From: Sedimentisphaerales bacterium
GTDB lineage: Bacteria; Planctomycetota; Phycisphaerae; Sedimentisphaerales; SM23-30
NCBI GenBank assembly: GCA_016930855.1
Contig: JAFGFX010000053.1
Location: 1-24,000, forward strand
Direction: 5' to 3'
DNA: 24,000 nt
Part shown: in pieces, positions 22,477 through 24,000 of the stretch
Numbering within the stretch: position 1 is the stretch's first letter
Layout: each line of letters begins with the position of its first letter
Notes under the pieces: model-generated
Told to the model about the DNA's origin: nothing
The model's database searches: none
The model's input: the letters and a program-made list of their open reading frames with translations, nothing else
Made by a program: the position numbers and the translations under genes

Positions 22477-24000
22477 CTAGGGAATCGGGTTGGCCGCGCC
22501 GGGGGTGGCGGCCGGGTAGGGTTCCCAAATCCAGTTGATCACGTCGTTGCCGTAGGCGCCCGCCGTGCGGCGCTGGAGCGAGTACACGTCCGAATCGTCC
22601 GGCTGCGGGGGCCAGGGATCGCCTCCCGCCGGGTGCGAACCGTCGCTGTAGGTGACCCGGTCCACGCGGATGTAATAGCCGGGATCGCCCGGCATCTGGA
22701 GTTCCGGTTGCTCGCCGCCGTTGTTCAGGCTGCCGCCGCCCCACGCGTCCCATTGGACGCCCAGGGTGCCGATGTCGCCGCCGCCCAGGAAGACCGATTC
22801 GAACGCGGCCTTGTCCTTGACCAAGAGGAAGTACTCGCCGGGCGCCAGCGTGACCGGAGGCGAGACCGGGAAGAGATACTCCAGGCTCGGCGTGTCATCG
22901 TCGGCGTCATCGACGAACCGCCAGGCGGCCAGCTTGGCCGCGTCGTACAACGTGACGGGGCCGCCGCTGATATTGACGAGTTCCACGAACTCCGCGTCGC
23001 CGTCGGATTGGGGATGATACGCGATCTCGTTGATCACCACCGGGCCGACCTTGGGGTCGGCGTTGGCGTCGTTCGGGGTGTTGGCGCTCATCGCCACGAA
23101 ATCGCTGCCGGTGCTCTTGACGTAATGGCCGAAGGCCACGTCCGGCTGGGAGGCGCCGAAGCGGCGCTCCGTGCTGTAGACGCCCGTCAGCGCCCCGCCG
23201 GCCCCGCTGGTCAGATAGACCTTCTCGCCGTTCTCGCTGAAGGCAAAGGGCGTGATCACGCCCGGATTCGTCGATTCGGGACCGAAATGGGTGTCGGCGT
23301 AGAAGACCGCGTATCCGTGGTCGGGGACCACACAGGGCTCGGCGATCTCGTATTTCATCAGATCCTGACCGTCGTCGCTGATGAACCAGCCGCCGATGTT
23401 GACGGGATCGTCCGTCGTATTGTAAAACTCCACCCAGTCCGAAGACTCCGTCTCGGCATGGGCCAGCAGCTCGTTGACGATGATCGCGCCGGCGGGCAGT
23501 ACAAAGTCAGAATCGTCCCCGCCGGGCGAGCCGCCGTTGGCGACGCTGGCCCGCCAGCCGTCCTTGGCGTCCCAGTCGTTCGGATCGCCGCTGTACGGAT
23601 CGCGAATCGTCAGCGAGAAGCCCAGCCCGTCGGTGATCTCATACCAGCCGTCTTCGTAATCGAAATCGTGAATCTTGGCCCCCAGCGCGTCTACCAGGTC
23701 GATCTCCTCGCCGTCGTTGCCGAGACTGCCGGCATAGGCCCCGGCGATGATCCCGTCAAACGACGGATAGCGGGCATGGAAGGCGGCCCCGTCCTTCACG
23801 ACGACCGCGCGCTGGCCGGCGGCCAGGTACAGGGACGGAAATTCGAACTCCACGCCGTTGGTGAACCGGACCAGCGCCAGGTTGATCGCGTCGGTCGGAT
23901 GGATGTTCATGACCTCGATGAACTCGGCGTTGGGATCGCCGGCCGGATGATACATCAACTCCGTGATCCGCAGGTTCTGGGCCACCGGTCCGACCGCATA
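22477..24000 (-). CDS. Lamin-tail-domain (LTD) repeat protein, C-terminal part (gene continues beyond the window)
   Basis: Three LTD-like modules begin at ITELMYHPAGDPNAEFIEVMN, IIVNELLAHAETESSDWVEFYN (about nt 23487) and VVINEIAYHPQSDGDAEFVELVN (about nt 23043). The frame stays open from 23985 to 24000 (..YAVGPVAQNL..), so the GTG at 23985 is probably internal. Confidence 0.75.
   Translation of the reverse strand, partial: YAVGPVAQNLRITELMYHPAGDPNAEFIEVMNIHPTDAINLALVRFTNGVEFEFPSLYLAAGQRAVVVKDGAAFHARYPSFDGIIAGAYAGSLGNDGEEIDLVDALGAKIHDFDYEDGWYEITDGLGFSLTIRDPYSGDPNDWDAKDGWRASVANGGSPGGDDSDFVLPAGAIIVNELLAHAETESSDWVEFYNTTDDPVNIGGWFISDDGQDLMKYEIAEPCVVPDHGYAVFYADTHFGPESTNPGVITPFAFSENGEKVYLTSGAGGALTGVYSTERRFGASQPDVAFGHYVKSTGSDFVAMSANTPNDANADPKVGPVVINEIAYHPQSDGDAEFVELVNISGGPVTLYDAAKLAAWRFVDDADDDTPSLEYLFPVSPPVTLAPGEYFLLVKDKAAFESVFLGGGDIGTLGVQWDAWGGGSLNNGGEQPELQMPGDPGYYIRVDRVTYSDGSHPAGGDPWPPQPDDSDVYSLQRRTAGAYGNDVINWIWEPYPAATPGAANPIP

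Overview
High-GC (about 65% by hand count of sample lines) bacterial chromosomal window. The gene repertoire looks Planctomycetota/PVC-like: Tat-signal Gfo/Idh/MocA oxidoreductases, a lamin-tail-domain protein, and HEAT and TPR proteins. That taxonomic call is inference only. The plus-strand block 298-4126 holds a Zn-dependent dehydrogenase ATGA-coupled to a Gfo/Idh/MocA oxidoreductase, then a dodecin and a class II CPD photolyase. The co-directional minus-strand block 4379-16709 holds a LysM protein, a 1335-aa SecDF fusion, yajC, tgt and a SpoIID-like lipoprotein. It continues with a TPR protein ending in two RNA polymerase alpha-CTD-like modules, a stand-alone RelA/SpoT-type HD hydrolase, and a secreted HEAT-repeat protein with an SVSR repeat tract. 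Downstream lie a hypothetical membrane protein, tRNA-Arg(CCG), and a clearly lower-GC segment encoding a DUF4185-like lipoprotein. After that come two tandem Tat-exported Gfo/Idh/MocA paralogs and the 3' part of a triple lamin-tail-domain protein that runs off the window. I saw no rRNA, CRISPR array, transposase, integrase or recognisable defence system. The most unusual items are four. First, the orphan TPR + tandem alpha-CTD protein next to an alarmone-hydrolase-like gene. Second, two large lineage-specific expansions inside SecDF, a ~240-aa helical insert in the SecD P1 head and a triplicated SecF P4 module. Third, the low-GC segment abutting the tRNA. Fourth, several short repeat arrays in intergenic DNA. 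The many long ORFs antisense to real genes are high-GC shadow frames and are rejected. All function calls rest on motif recognition by eye; no database search was possible.
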